Source: the human T2T-CHM13v2.0 reference genome, Homo sapiens
Direction: 5' to 3' (one strand)
DNA length: 64,000 nucleotides
Assembly: GCF_009914755.1 (NCBI RefSeq)
Contig: NC_060926.1
Position 1 is the first letter of the stretch; every line of letters starts with the position of its first letter. A model generated the notes under the pieces. That model was given only the letters and a program-made list of their open reading frames with translations, was not told where the DNA came from and did not search any database. This document shows, in pieces, positions 13,040-25,205 of the stretch. Both the position numbers and the translations under genes were made by a program.

Positions 13040-14050
13040 TAGAGCTAGTTTGAATCCTGTTTTTCAGTTTACTAGCTATGTGATCTTGGGAAAACGTTCT
13101 CTTTTTTTCTTTTTCAATTATAATTTTAACTTTCATTTTAGATTTAGTAGTTACATGTGCAGATTTGTTACACAGGTTTATTGCGTGACACAAAATTTGG
13201 GATATGAATGATCCTGTCACTCATGTAGTGAGAATAATACACAATAGGTAGTTTTTCAGCTCCTGTCGCCTTTCCCTCTCCCCCGTCTGGTAGTCCCTAG
13301 GGTCTATTGTTCCATCTTCTTGTCCATGTGTACCCAATATTTAACTCCCACTTATAGGTGAACACATGCAGTATTTGGTTTTCTGTTCCTGCGTTACTTT
13401 GCTAAGGATAGTGGCCTCTAGCTGCGTCTGTGTTGCTGCAAAGGACACGCTTTTGTTCTTTTTTATGGCTGTATAGTATTCCATGGTATATATGTACCAC
13501 ATTTTTCTTATCCAATCTACCATTGATGGGCACCTAGGTTGATTCCATGTCTTTACTATTGTGAATAGTGCTGCAATGAACATATGAAAGCATGTGTCTG
13601 TTTGGTAGAATGATTTGTTTTCCTTTGGGTATATAAGCCCAATATGGGTTTCCTTTGGGTATATACCCCATAATGGGATTACTGGGTTGAATGATAGTTT
13701 CATTTTATATTCTTTGAGAAATCTCCAAACTACTTTCCGCAGTGGATGAACTAATTTGTATTACCACCAACAGTGTATAAGCATTCCCTTTTCTCTGCAG
13801 CCTTGCCACTGTTGTTTTTATTTTTTGACTTTTTAGCAATAGCCATTCTGACTGGCATGAGATGGTATATCATTGTGGTTTTGATTTTGGGAAAAATTCC
13901 TAACCTCTCTAAGTTTCAATTTTTTTTTTATATGTACAAAGGCATACAATAATACCTAAGAGAATTATTTTAAAAATTAAATTAGATCGTTCATTTAAAG
14001 CACCATGTAAAGTATGTGGGACTAGCCAAAACCGTTTCTATAAATGTTAT
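13040..14050 (+). mobile_element. MIR split by an L1 insertion (pieces about 13040-13100 and 13887-14050)
   Basis: TTTGAATCC...TTACTAGCTATGTGATCTTGGG continues after the L1 as TAACCTCTCTAAGTTTCAATTT. Confidence 0.65.
13101..13886 (-). mobile_element. L1 3' end (L1PA15/16-like), about 790 bp
   Basis: L1 3' UTR plus ORF2 C-terminus (WNQPRCPSMVDWIRKMWYIYTMEYY); TSD TTGGGAAAACGTTCT (13086-13100) and TTGGGAAAAATTCCT (13887-13901). Confidence 0.93.
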
Positions 14051-16454
14051 TGTAGTAGACGCTTGATAGATAACTGTTAATTCCCTTCTTTTTCTCTTTC
14101 CCACTTAGAAATAGTATAAGACCCATTTTCCCAGATGAATTAGTAAGTGCACTTTGGCATTGCCTCTTTCCTAACAATAACTAGTGGAGAAAGCAGCACA
14201 GGCTCCCAGGGTCTCTGGTTTTCTTCCTCCTGATCCCTCTGGTCTGTGCTCTGTGGCAGGGAAGGATAATTGGAGTGCTGTGGCACTGGTGGGGAGCAGT
14301 GTCCTGTCTCTTGGTTACAAGGGGAATCACCTGTCTCGAACTCTGGACCGAGGATGAAGGGCTCATGCATCAGCACTGTCCCAGGTGCTTGTCTCCCGAA
14401 GGGAAGATCAGGTTGACTCCAGCCATTCAGAAGCCTGTGAATGACATCTAAGTGCCCGCTTCATATCCACCTCAAGGGGACTCTTAGGATTTCACTTGTC
14501 TAATTTGAAAACCTGAAACCCTATTTTCCTCAAGAATTTTAGACTAATCATTTTCCTTAGCCTCTCAGAATTCCCCTGACTTACCTTAAATATGTAAAAT
14601 AACGTAAGTGCAATGACACATTATTGGAGAATGAGGCATTCTACATTAATGGATTTTCCAGGTGAAATTGGCCCCTTGCTGTGTTTTACTTTAATAATTT
14701 CATAGAATTGGCCATAAGTTGTATTAGATGTCCTTTTGAGTTCTTAGATGTGTTTATAGAGGGTGGATAATTTAAACTTTTCTTAATAACTATGAATCAA
14801 CTGCTGTGCTATGTTGTAGAACACAGCAACTCCCTCAGAGCCTGCTAACACAAGTAGATTAATTGACTCCATATATTAATAGTCCCAGTTTTGTTGCTTT
14901 TCATTTCTTGTTGTCCTTGTCATTGGATTTTTTTTCTAGATGACATAAGTATGTGAGGAATGCCATTGTAGCTCACATTGTAGACTGCATTAAAGGATAA
15001 ACACAACTAATTTCTAATTATTTGCATAACAATACAGATGCAACCATTTGTGTACATATTTGTTTAATAATATATTGACATTATTCACCAGTTATAAATA
15101 TGAATTGTGGCATTATAGTAGTACATTTTATGTTTATATTGAAGATATTAATATAAAACATATTTGAATGGACTAATATATATACAAACTTCTGTAAATA
15201 TTTTTCTCTCCCTTCTGTGAATTCTTGCTCTAGATGAGTCAATGTAATAGAACTATTTTTGGGGGGGGGGCCCCAGGATAAACTCCAAAATAACCTCACA
15301 TTACTAAGAATTCAATGTTTTAGTTACAGTTATGCTTTGTTTCAATGTAGTGTGTATACATCAATTCCTGTATAGTTCTAGGCTCTCTGAAGTTAACATT
15401 TAGGCATCACTGTTTCCTGTCTAGAGGTGGCATTTTATCCATGGACTCATAGGATAACCTCAACTCCTTTCAACTCTGGCAAAAATAATCTATTGTTTAC
15501 AGTATAATCTCACTCTCACTTAAAAAACAAACAGAATGTAAATAAACAACATCAGGCTTTACTCTTCAGTGTCCCTGTTTTGCCCTGTATGGAAATAACC
15601 CAAACCAAAGCCTCTGTGTCTATTTATTTACTTTGGTGCTAGTTGAGATGGTTAGTGAAGTGGGTCATACAGTCAGCCTCTCAGTTTCTCTAACGCTACC
15701 ACCAAAAGTGGCCATCTCTGCCTACTTTGAAAACGACACATTCAGTAAAATAGAGACAAAGAAATGTAGTAGCTATGAAATAAAATGTCTTTCACAGAGA
15801 GACAGCAAATGTGAGAGAAGGTGCATTTAATGTAAAAAACACAACTGGGGTGCCATTCTTTTTCAAAGCACCCTAAGTGGAGAGTGCAAATGTAATGCAT
15901 GATAATGAAGGTGCCCAATTTTGGAAAGTGGTTTTTAAAATGCTGCTGCAGAATGCTATCCAGAGTCTCTTAGGAAAAAGCAAAATCTCATCAGGGACCT
16001 TTTCAAGCATCATTTTCTCCTGTTTTAAATGATCTCACGTGAACTTGCTGTTAGTCGACTTGGCACAGTTTCAATTATTCATTATTTTTGACCTCTTGCA
16101 AAAGGAACAAAGGGTTTGTTATTAGTGATTTGCCAGTTGGTTGCAAGACTTAATCTAGGTTCTTATGGAGCTCTTTGCCTCATGTTTATTTTGTTGTATA
16201 CAGTTGTATGATCTAAGGGATTTCATAGCCCCTCGATCCTCATTTTAGAAAATTCTTCTCAAGTGATTAGTGTGGAAGAAACTATAGTCTTTGGGCACCA
16301 GGCCTCTGCTCATAATGAAGTTTTGCTGAAATCTTTTCTCCTAGCATGAGAGAGTTTAGTTTGAGATAAAGAAGTGTATTCTCTTTATTTGTGCAAAGAT
16401 TCCTTTCTTCCATGAGGTGAAAATGCAAATTTTCACGTGCTTCTTTCTTGAAAT

Positions 16455-17440
16455 TTCATTTTTATTATATATATTTAAGGTATACAATAAGATGTTTTGA
16501 TAATACATATACTTACTTAAATAATTAACTACAGTCAAGGAAATCTTAACATATGTGTCACATCATATAGTTACCTTTTGTGTTTTCATGTTAAGAGCAC
16601 TTAAAATCTACTCTCTTAGCAAATTTTCAATATACAGTATATTATTAATTATAATCCCCATGCTCTATATAATATCTCTAGACTATATCTCTCTAAGTGT
16701 AGGTTTGTATTCTTTGGTACATCTCACTATCCCCACTTCTGTTCCACTACTGGTAACCACCATTCTACTTTGCTTCTATGACTTCAACTTATTTTAGATT
16801 CCATATACAATAATGAAATATTTTTCTTTCTGTGTCTGGCTTATTTTACTTAGCATAATGCCCTCAAGGGTCATCCATATTTTCACAAATGGCAGCATCT
16901 CCTTCTTTGCTAATGCTGAATTGTGCCCCATTGTGTATATGTACTACAATTTCTTTATCCATTCACCTGTTGATGGACACACGTTGATTCCATACCTTGG
17001 CTATTGGGAATAATATTGCAATGAACATGACAACACAGATATCTCAATCAGGTGCTAATTTTATTTCCTTTGGGTATAAACCCACCAGAGAAATTAGTGG
17101 GTCATATGGTAGTTCTATTTTTTTTTGAGGAAGTTCCATACTGTTTTCCATAATGGCAGTACCAATTTGCATTTCCCCCAACAGCGTACAAGGGTTCCCC
17201 TTTCCCCACACCCTCGCCAACTTTATTAGCTCCTGTCTTTTGGATAACACTCATCTTAACAGGCATGAGGTAATAACTCCTTGTCATTTATTTCCATTTC
17301 CCTGATATTAGTGATGCTGAGTACATTTTCATATACTTTGTATATGAAATGTGTATCTTTGGAAAAATGTCTACTCATGTTCTTTGCCCATATCAAAATC
17401 AGGTTATTTTGTTTTGGTTTTTGCTATTGAGTTGTGAGTT
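16455..17440 (-). mobile_element. L1MA-type 3' end (non-inverted part)
   Basis: L1MA 3' UTR and ORF2 C-terminal remnants ([18 protein letters not shown]). Confidence 0.88.
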
Positions 17441-17773
17441 GGGAAAAGTGGATATTCACATGCAAAATAATGAAACTGGTCCTTTATCTTCCACAATACA
17501 AAAATTAACTCAAATGGATTAAAGACCTAAATGTAGGATCTGAAACTGCAAAACTCCTACAAGACAGCAAGAGAAAAGCTTACTGATATTGGCTGTAGCA
17601 ATGATTTTTTGGATATCACACCAAAAGCTAAATAAAAAGAAACAAGAAACAAGTGGGAATCCATCAAACTAAAAAGCATCTATAAACAAAGGAAACAACT
17701 AACAAAATCAGAAGGGAGCCTGCAGATTGGGGGAAAATATTTGTAAACCATATAGCTGATAAGGAGTTAATAT
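17441..17773 (+). mobile_element. L1 ORF2 segment, inverted 5' part of the same element
   Basis: GGGAAAAGTGGATATTCACATGCAAAATAATGAAACTGG...AAATGGATTAAAGACCTAAATGTA...GATAAGGAGTTAATAT in L1 sense orientation. Confidence 0.85.
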
Positions 17774-18115
17774 TGCATACTTTTAAGTGTACAAATAAGA
17801 ATGTCTTATTATTTGGGTCATATGTCGCCTACTGCATTGTCTGCAATGCTGTGTAATATACGTAATATATGGTTTATGCTATGTTATTACTTTTATAAAG
17901 TACAAAAATTTCCAGCTAAAGAATTTTGGACTTGGAGGGCAAGTAGAATACAGAAAGTCACATAGGAGATAAAAGCTGCTACATGGGTACACAGGAGGAA
18001 GAAATCTGATTCATGAGACAACAGCCCAGGCTCCATGGGGGAAAAAAAGTTCTATTGGGAAAAGGATGAGTATTGTTTTACATGCAGGAATCATAAGGGA
18101 CTGTAGGGTGAGGTT

Positions 18116-18443
18116 TGCTATGTTTTCAATGTTTACATTCCCCCAAAATTCATATGTTGAAACTTAACCCCCAATGTGATAGTGTTAAGAAGTGGGACTT
18201 TTAGGAGGTGATTAGGTCACCTAATGGGATTAGTGCCCCTTCTAAAAGAGGCTTGAAGGATCCTGTTTGTGCAGACACATAGAAGATGCCATTAAGAGAA
18301 ACAGGCCCTCACCAGACCCTGAATCTGCTGGTGCCTTGATTTTGGACTTTGCAGCCTTCTGAACTGTGAGAAATAAATTTCTGTTGTTTATAAATTCTGC
18401 AGTCTAAGGTATTTTGTTATGGCAGCTTGAATAGACCAAGGCA
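18116..18443 (+). mobile_element. MLT1A/A0-like MaLR solo LTR
   Basis: TGCTATG...CCCCCAAAATTCATATGTTGAAAC...GAACTGTGAGAAATAAATTTCTGTTGTTTATAA...CA. Confidence 0.88.
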
Positions 18444-19122
18444 GAGTTTATAGTCAGCATAAAGAGTATGAGTAAAGAAGCAGAGTAAAAATGGCACACA
18501 TTTCTGTAGGAGAAATCAGAAGCAACCTAACTAGAGAGTGTCCTAAAAAGATTTTAACTGATCTCTTTGGTAATAACACATATTGCTGTGGTTGATGTGA
18601 TGGTGGGTGTTGAGGGCTGTGAAGAACTGTTTGATAGCACCGTGTTGCCCTGATTGAGTCTTACAATGATGATGCAGTGGCTGTGATCCTAATGGACTGT
18701 CGCAGTCATGCTACAGCTGTATTTCATGGTAACATGCTAGTTGTGATTGTTCTTGGTCATTTGTCTGATGTATAATGGCTCCTTTGAAATACTAAATTAT
18801 GATTATGCATATATGTATTTACACATGATTTATAATTGAAGGAAATTTGATAGGCTACATACAGAATATTTTGGGTCTGAATCAAATCTTTCTTTTAAAT
18901 TTTGTACTTTTGGAGTTCAAATTTCTTTATCTAGAAGTATTATTTCAGAGCAGATTTGGAATAAATAGTGTTCTACTGTAATATAGCACAGGCTGAATTC
19001 AAAGAGAAAGCACATAAAAACCCCAAGAAATTATAGTGTTCGGGTGTCTAAAAAGTTAGTATTTGTAGGGAAATATAGTAGGTATGTGGGTATGAGGATC
19101 AGATTAAATCTGCCACAGTGCA

Positions 19123-19164
19123 ACACACACACACACGCACACACACACATACACACACACACAC
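19123..19164. repeat. (CA)n microsatellite, interrupted
   Basis: About 21 units with two interruptions. Confidence 0.95.
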
Positions 19165-19479
19165 AGAGTAACTTCAGAAAGGGAAAGCTATACAAGAATA
19201 CACTGGAAATAGCACATATTATCTTTCAGCCATTTTTTCCTTTGGACCTGAATGTTTTTCAAAACTAGCTTGTAGAGTGCAATGGGTTTCACAGAGAATT
19301 CAAACAACCCAGCATTTTTCAGGATACAATCTGAGTTCAATTGATCTGCCTCTTTCTTTTCTGGACAGGGCAGGGCGGTGAAGAACGTGGGAGGGTTGGA
19401 AGGATTGGTTTGTCTCTATCTCATAAGGAATATCCTTTTTGGGCACTTCATGTCAGTCCCCATCCAGCTCTTTCCAGCC

Positions 19480-19625
19480 CTCTGGCTTTGGGCAAGTTAA
19501 TGAAATTTTCTACAACTTGATATTCTCATCTGCAAAATGGAGATAAAATGCCTGTGTGGCAGGTTTGTGATAATGTATGGAAAGCATGTAACTCAGTGTC
19601 TAGCACATATTACATGCTCACTGCT
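19480..19625 (+). mobile_element. MIR fragment
   Basis: TTGGGCAAGTTAAT...CTCATCTGCAAAATGGAGATAA. Confidence 0.65.
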
Positions 19626-19644
19626 GGCCAGTGTTGCACACCCT

Positions 19645-19835
19645 CTATGAGCAAGGCACTTTGACTCATGCTTCTCATGTAATCCTCACAATAATCCTGT
19701 GAGTATTATTATGATTCTTAATTTACAGATAAAAATCTTGAAACCCAAGGGAGTAAAGTGATTTAAACAAGGTTAAGCCAACTCAAGAATAAAAGCCAGG
19801 AGTTTAACTTTGACCTTGCAATGCCAAGCCTCCAA
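19645..19835 (-). mobile_element. MIR fragment
   Basis: TAATCCTCACAATAATCCTGTGAG...TTTACAGAT. Confidence 0.6.
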
Positions 19836-19930
19836 CATGCGGCTGCATTAAGTTCAATCCCTCCCTGTTTTTTCTCTATCTCCCCCTTTCCTCTTCTCTG
19901 CAGTTCTACCTTCTTCAATCTCTTTGGAGA

Positions 19931-22837
19931 TTTTTTTTATACTTTAAGTTCCGGGGTACATGTGAAGAATGTGCAGTTTTGTTACATAGGTATACACATG
20001 CCATGGTGGTTTGCTGCACCCATCAACCTGTCACCTACATTAGGTATTTCTTCTAATGTTATCCCTCCTCTAGCCCCCAACCCTGCAACAGGCCGCAGTA
20101 TGTTATGTTCCCCTCCCTATGTCCATGTGTTCTTATTGTTCAACTCCCACTTATGAATGAGAACATGTGGTGTTTGGTTTTCTGTTCTTGTGAGAGTTTG
20201 TTGAGAATGATGGTCTCCAGCTTCATCCATGTCCCTGCAAAGGACATGAACTCATCCATTTTTATGGCTGCATAGTATTCCATGGTATATATGTGCCACA
20301 TTTTCTTTATCCAGTCTATTAGTGATGGGCATTTGGGTTGGTTCCAAGTCTTTGCTACTGTGAATAGTGCCACAATAAACATATGTGTACATGTGTCTTT
20401 ATAGTAGAATGATTTATAATCCTTTGGGTATATACCCAGTAATGGGATTGCTGGGTCAAATGGTATTTCTGGTTCTAGATCCTTGAGGAATCGACACACT
20501 GTCTTCCCCAATGGTTGAACTAATTTACACTCCCACCAACAGTGTAAAAGCATTCCTATTTATGCACATCCTCTCCAGCATCTGTTGTTTCCTGACTTTT
20601 TAATGATCACCATTCTAACTGGCATGAGATGGTATCTTATTGTGGTTTTGATTTGCATTTCTCTAATGACCAGAGATGATGAGCTTTTTTTCATGTTTGT
20701 TAGCTGCATAAGTGTCTTCTTTTGAGAAGTGTCTGTTCATATCCTTTGCCCACTTTTTGATGGGGTTGTTTTTTTCTTGTAAACTTGTTTAAGTTCTTTG
20801 TAGCCCTTTGTCAGATGGATAGATTGCAAAATTTTTCTACCATTATTTAGGTTGCCTGTTCTTTCTGATGATAGTTTCTTTAGTTGTGCAGAAGCTCTTT
20901 AGTTTAATTAGGTCCCATTTGCCAATTTTGGCTTTTGTTGCCATTGCTTTTGGTGTTTTAGACATGAAGTCTTTGTCCATGCCTATGTTCTGAATGGTAT
21001 CACCTAGGTTTTCTTCTAGGATCTTCATGGTCCTATGTCTTATGTTTAAGTCTTTGATTCGTCTTGAGTTGATTTTTGTATAAGGTGTAAGGAAGTGGTC
21101 CAGTTTCAGTTTTCTGCATGTGGCTAGCCAGTTTTCCAAGCACCATTTATTAAATAGGGAATCTTTTCCCCATTGCTTGTTTATGTCAGGTTTGTCAAAT
21201 ATCAGATGGTTGTAGATGTATGCTGTTATTTCTGAGGCCTCTGCTCTGTTCCATTGTTGTATACATCTGGTAGCAGTACAATGCTGTTTTGGTTACTGTA
21301 GCCTTGTAGTATAGTTTGAAGTCAGGTAGTGAGGTGCCTCGAGCTTTGTTCTTCTTGCCCAGGATTGTCTTTGCTATGCAGGCTCTTTTTTGGTTCCATA
21401 TGAAGTTTAAAGTAGTTTTTTCCAGTTCTGTGAAGAAAGTCAGTGGTAGCTTGATGGGGATAGCATTGAATCTATAAATTACTTTGGGCAGTATGGCCAT
21501 TTTCACGATATTGATTCTTCCTATCCATGAGCATGGAATGTTCTTCCATTTGTTTGTGTCCTTGAGCAGTGGTTTGTAGTTTTCTTGAGCAGAAGTTTGT
21601 AGTTCTCCTTGGAGAGGTCCTTCACATCCCTTGTAAGTTGTATTTCTAGGTATTTTATTCTCTTTGTAGCAATTGTGAATGGGATTTCACTGATGATTTG
21701 GCTCTCTGTTTGTCTATTATTGGTGTATAGGAATGCTTGTGATTTTTGCACATTGATTTTGTATCCTGAGACTTTGCTGAAGTTGCTTATCAGCTTAAGG
21801 AGATTTTGGGCTGAGATGATGGGGTTTTCTAAATATACAATCATGTAATCTGCAAACAGAGACAATTTGACTTTCTCTATGTTGAATAGGGGTGGTGAGA
21901 GAGGGCATCCTAGTCTTGTGCCAGTTTTCAAAGGGAATGCTTCCAGTTTTTTCCCATTCAGTATGATATTGGCTGTGGCTTTGTCATAAATAGCTCTTAT
22001 TATTTTGAGATATGTTCCATTGATACCTAGTTTATTGAGAGTTTTTAGCATGAAGCGGTGTTGAATTTTATCGGAGGCCTTTTCTGCATCTATTGAGATA
22101 ATCATGTGGTTTTTGTCACTGGTTCTGTTTATGCGATGGATTACGTTTATTGATTTGCGTATGTTGAACCAGCCTTGCATCCCAGGGATGAAGCAGACTT
22201 GATCGTGATGGATAAGCTTTTTGACGTGCTGCTGTATTCGGTTTGCCAGTATTTTATTGAGGATTTTCGCATCAATGTTCATCAGGGATATTGGCCTGAA
22301 ATTTTCTTTTTTTGTTGTGTCTCTGCCAGGTTTTGGTATCAGGATGATGCTGGCCTCATAAATTGAGTTAGGGAGGATTCCTTCTTTTTCTGTTGTTTGG
22401 AATAGTTTTAGAAGGAATGGTACTGGCTCCTCTTTGTACCTCTGATAGAATTCAGCTCTGAAGCCACCTGGTCCTGGACTATTTTTGGTTGGTAGGCTAT
22501 TAATTACTGCCTCAATTTCAGAACTTGGTTTATTCAGGGATTCAGCCTCTTCCTGGTTTAGACTTGGGAGGGTGTATATGTCCAGGAATTTATCGATTTC
22601 TTCTAGATTTTCTAGTTTATTTGTATAGAGGTACTTATAGTATTCTCTGATGGTAGTTTGTATTTCTGTGGGATCAGTGATGCTATCCTCTGTATCATTT
22701 TTCATTGCATCTATTTGATTCTTCTCTCTTTTCTTCTTTATTAGTCTGGCTAGTGGTCTATTTATTTGCTGATCTTTTCAAAAATGCAGCTCCTGGATTC
22801 ATTGATTTTTTTCAAGGATTTTTCATGTCTCTATCTC
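19931..22837 (-). mobile_element. L1PA (about L1PA7) 5'-truncated LINE-1, 2.9 kb
   Basis: Continuous L1 ORF2 and 3' UTR homology, short T tail, TSD ATCTCTTTGGA at 19918-19928 and 22833-22843. Confidence 0.97.
20140..22705 (-). pseudogene. Disrupted L1 ORF2 (Z domain, reverse transcriptase, C-terminus) in four or more ORF pieces
   Basis: [48 protein letters not shown] (normally FADD), [12 protein letters not shown]; frameshifts and deletions between pieces. Confidence 0.95.
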
Positions 22838-22959
22838 TTTGGATAATTTTTTAAAGAGTTAAAAATCATGGCTTATCAAATCAAATGGAATGAAACAATT
22901 TTTTCATTCTAGTACATTAAAACAAATATGACATCATTATATCTCATAATGCCACTAAT

Positions 22960-23690
22960 TTCCATTGTTTTATAGTTTAAAAATGCATGCTCAAGTAATA
23001 CATATTAATTGCAGACATTAGGAAATATAAATAAGCATAAATTGCATGAATACCAAATACACAGACAATCACAGGCAGCATTATATTGTATATTCTACAA
23101 TTCCTAGCTATCCATATAAATTTTTTTCTCTTATAACACTATCATATTATAATTAGGTTTATAATGTGCCTTTATCAGTTAACAATCATTCAAAAATATC
23201 TTTCCAAGTTGGCACATGTGCATCTAGATAATTATTTCTATTGGCTACATAACATTCCATTATATAGAAGCATTTGATTAAAATAGCTTTTATTATTGGA
23301 CACTTATGCTGTTTTTAATTTTTTGCTTTTGTAAACTATATACTCTTGCATATATATCTATATATCTATATATATCTATATCTATCTATCTATATCTATA
23401 TATCGATATCTATCTATCTATCTATCTATATATATATATATATATCTCCTTAGGATGATTCCCTAGAAGTGGAAATTATGGGTTGGTGTTTACACACTTC
23501 TCTGGCTTTAAATATATATCACCAAATTGCTTTCATTTTAAGAAAGAACCAACTTATACTCCCTCTAGTAATGTATGAGAATGCCCATTTTCACACTCCC
23601 ACACTAATGATTATCATTCCTTTTAATCTTTGAGAACTCCATTAGACACAAAAAAAGTAACTTTATTGCTTTTCTTTGCATTCCTATGTC
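22960..23690 (-). mobile_element. Ancient L1M (L1ME-like) 3' remnant
   Basis: ACATTCCATTATAT...GGACACTTA...TTCCCTAGAAGTGGAAATT...AATGTATGAGAATGCCCATTTTC. Confidence 0.55.
23350..23446. repeat. Compound (TA)n/(TATC)n microsatellite
   Basis: Directly visible. Confidence 0.95.
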
Positions 23691-24954
23691 TATCCATTCT
23701 ATAAAATAATCACATTTCTCAGACTACTATCTAAACAAAATGTAAACTTCCTTAGGTCAAAGACAAAATCTCAAAATAATGAAATATTTATATCTGCCAT
23801 CCTTCTAAAATAGAATAAACCCCCAAAGAGGCATTTGAGACACTACATGGCAGAAAACCATGGATTTAACAGCCTTATTAAGAACATCCTTGAATTTTGT
23901 TTTTAAACCTCGAGCTCATTGTTCTCAGAACTCCTCTGCTGGGGAAACCTTGTCTTGACTGTTTGAGGGCAACACTTTTACAGGCAGAATCTCAATCTCA
24001 AAACAGAGGAGAGGAGAAGGTTAAGACATCTAAGCCTGGCATCTCCTGATTTTTGTGTTCTAGCCTGGACTGATGGGATCCAAGCAGCACTAAGAAGATA
24101 GTAACCTTTAGGGTATGTTAATTCCTTAAACAACTATCCTCAATTTGGAAACTCAGCAAGACCAAGCTATGTTTGGCTGCACATGGTTTTCTACTTAATT
24201 TAACTGTCCCTCTGTATTATTTAAACCAACATAAGTTTTTAAATTTCATGTCAAAAATTAACTTATACTTGAATCAACAGAAGTTTATTTATTAAGAAGC
24301 ATGTGCTGTTTAAAGAGACTTCCTTAAAATAGCAAGTTTTATTTAACTAAATGTTAGGAAATGGAGAGAATCTACTCAAATCTGTGATTATAGCCTGGGC
24401 TCTCACATTATCTAAGAACCTTCCTTGGCTAAACATTTTAATGATTGGTCAAACCTGGTTCAAGAGAAAGGTACTGCTGTGTTATTACAAGGAAACTTTA
24501 ATGACAGAGTTGCCATTGGGAAAGTCACAAAATCCACATGAAATCTCACTTTATGCACTGATCACAAGGCACTTGATCTTGGCATTCAATGGTGTTTCGC
24601 ATAATTTAAAAGTTGATAGCAAAGTGAAATTTGTTCAACAACCTTTGTCACCATGCCCTGGAAATGAGACGGATTAACTCTTTGATATCCACTCAAAAAG
24701 AACCAGAATGTGAGTGAGATGGTAGACAGTGGTTTGTTTTCGTTTTTCATATATGAAAAAAGGCAGTTCTTCCAATTACTCCCAACGTGAATATTCAAAT
24801 GAACTGGATGAACGTTACAATATGTACACTGTAAGACGGTAAAGGATTATAAAACACTTAGGATTTATGAAAAAACAAAATATTGTAATATAGGGTGATA
24901 CCTCAGATTCCTTGAAGAAAGTGAGAAAGGAATGGAAGGAAGAATGTGAGCTAT

Positions 24955-25205
24955 CACTTATATGGCATATCTAATCATGCAATTCTTATGTGCCAGACAC
25001 TGTTTTAAGTGTTTTTTATGCATTCTTTCAACCCTCCAAACAGCCTCATGAGGTAGTTATTTTATTTTGCAGAAGATAATGTTCAGATACAGAGAGGTTA
25101 AATAACTTACTAAAGATTTCCCAGCTGGTAAGTGGCAGAGCTATAATATGAGTTTTCTTTTGATTTAAGATAGGACATCTAGATGCCCAGGTTAAAACAG
25201 TACTG
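24955..25205 (-). mobile_element. MIR
   Basis: ATGTGCCAGACACTG...ACAGAGAGGTTAAATAACTT...CAGCTGGTAAGTGGCAGAGC. Confidence 0.75.

Noticed and set aside
14210-14400. GC-richer patch with a pyrimidine tract ending in CAG as a plus-strand exon
   Set aside because: Available donors (CAG|GTGCTT, CAG|GTTGAC) are weak and no recognisable peptide results
21521-22705. 394-aa reverse-transcriptase-like ORF as a functional or novel RT gene
   Set aside because: It is a fragment of a 5'-truncated L1 with no promoter, ORF1 or endonuclease, an altered catalytic motif (FADY) and internal deletions
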